From the NCBI GenBank assembly GCA_017997455.1, contig JAGOEZ010000001.1, positions 1,980 through 53,058 of the forward strand: a stretch of 51,079 bases of DNA, written 5' to 3'. The translations under genes and the position numbers were made by a program. This document shows positions 50,168 to 51,079 of this stretch, piece by piece. The notes under the pieces are model-generated. The model was not told the DNA's origin. It saw only the letters and a list, made by a program, of their open reading frames with translations, and made no database searches. How positions within the stretch are numbered: position 1 is the first letter of the stretch; every line of letters begins with the position of its first letter. The stretch is from Lysobacterales bacterium (lineage in GTDB: Bacteria; Pseudomonadota; Gammaproteobacteria; Xanthomonadales; Ahniellaceae).

Positions 50168-51079
50168 TCAGTCGCCGTCGCGGTAGATGGCAGTGCGGAC
50201 CTTGCCGTCGGCGTCGATCGTGCCGCGATACATGCCCTCGGTGTTGAACGGCATCGCCACGCGGCCGCTCGCATCCAGCGCGATCACGCCGCCGTCGCCG
50301 CCCAGCGCCGGCACGACCTTGAGCACGACCTCCTCGGCGGCTGCCCGCACCGAGTCGCCGCGGTAGGCCATGCGCGCGCAGATGTCATGCGCGACCGCGG
50401 CACGGATGTAGAACTCGCCCCAGCCGGTCGCCGAAACCGCGCACTGCGCGCTGGCGTAGGTGCCGGCGCCGATCACGGGCGCATCGCCGATGCGGCCCCA
50501 GCGCTTGTTGGTCATGCCGCCGGTGGAAGTCGCCGCGGCCAGTTGCCCCTTGGCGTCGCGCGCCACCGCGCCCACGGTGCCGAAATAGGCCGTGGCCGGC
50601 AGCGTCGCCGAGGCCTGCGCCTTCTCGGCGGCCAGCGCCATCTGCAGCTGCTGCCAGCGCTCCTCGGTGCGGAAGTACGCCGGATCGACGAACTCGAATC
50701 CGATGCTCTTCGCGAAGGCCTCGGCGCCCTCGCCCGCCATCATCACGTGCGGCGACTTTTCCATCACCGCGCGCGCCAGCAGGACCGGGTTGCGGATGCG
50801 ATGCAGGCCCGCGACCGCGCCGGCGCGGCGGGTGGCGCCATCCATGATCGAGGCATCCAGTTCGTTGACGCCGTCGTGGTTGAACACCGCACCCTTGCCG
50901 GCGTTGAAGTACGGCGAGTCCTCCAGGACCACGATCGCCCGGGTCACCGCGTCGAGGCTGCTCCCGCCCTGCGCAATCACCGCGTGGCCGGCGCGCAGCG
51001 CGCGCGTGAGGTCGGCGCGCACGGCGGCCTCGCGTTCGGCGCTCAATTCGGCGCGCGGCATGGTCCCGGCGCCGCCGTG
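50168..51079 (-). CDS. Isoaspartyl peptidase / L-asparaginase (Ntn-hydrolase, IaaA-like); 5' end runs off the window
   Basis: The track ORF starts at an internal Met (51061), but the frame stays open to the window end and reads HGGAGTM.., the conserved N-terminal motif. Also NAGKGAVF and the autoproteolytic site GTVGAVA. GDAPVIGAG. Confidence 0.85.
   Translation of the reverse strand, partial: HGGAGTMPRAELSAEREAAVRADLTRALRAGHAVIAQGGSSLDAVTRAIVVLEDSPYFNAGKGAVFNHDGVNELDASIMDGATRRAGAVAGLHRIRNPVLLARAVMEKSPHVMMAGEGAEAFAKSIGFEFVDPAYFRTEERWQQLQMALAAEKAQASATLPATAYFGTVGAVARDAKGQLAAATSTGGMTNKRWGRIGDAPVIGAGTYASAQCAVSATGWGEFYIRAAVAHDICARMAYRGDSVRAAAEEVVLKVVPALGGDGGVIALDASGRVAMPFNTEGMYRGTIDADGKVRTAIYRDGD

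Overview
This 51-kb window is a chromosomal stretch from a very GC-rich gammaproteobacterium of the Xanthomonadales/Lysobacterales type. I infer that from gene content, the E. coli-like lptD-surA-pdxA-rsmA-apaG-apaH/folA synteny, and abundant GTAG/CTGCAGG-type REP palindromes. I support about 45 protein-coding genes, two of them cut by the window edges. All were assigned by reading motifs in the supplied translations or in my own translation; no database search was possible.

Content from left to right: a Hanks-type Ser/Thr kinase with a TPR-like tail, a CDA-fold deaminase, rlmM, a secreted ExeM/NucH-type nuclease, a TVP38-family protein, tamA-tamB, two ubiquinone-pathway flavin hydroxylases, and a DUF6580-like membrane protein next to a PduO-type cobalamin adenosyltransferase. 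These are followed by an HDAC-family deacetylase, an unassigned ~581-aa secreted protein, msrB, the lptD-surA-pdxA-rsmA-(mipA)-apaG-apaH block, folA-DUF2238-thyA-lgt and a ~3.6-kb low-GC island. After the island come rlmI, a DUF255 thioredoxin-domain protein, gcvP behind a tandem glycine riboswitch, lemA-TPM-TPM, terC, dgkA, DUF533, a GYF+TIGR00266 fusion, a ydbS/ydbT-like PH-domain pair and an isoaspartyl peptidase/asparaginase.

Nine REP sites occur, in two main sequence families and mostly as inverted pairs, mostly at 3' ends of genes. One pair lies in-frame inside a CDS and one pair is nested inside another.

The most interesting region is the compositionally foreign island at 31995-35594. 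It carries a compact three-ORF cassette with no assignable function: a 59-aa Sec-signal small Cys-loop peptide precursor, a 174-aa exported CxxC protein, and a 799-aa duplicated MacB/FtsX-type permease. The permease has no ATPase, adaptor or regulator partner in the window.

I saw no rRNA, tRNA, CRISPR, transposase or integrase. Many very long ORFs in the track are antisense or off-frame shadows typical of high-GC DNA and were rejected.
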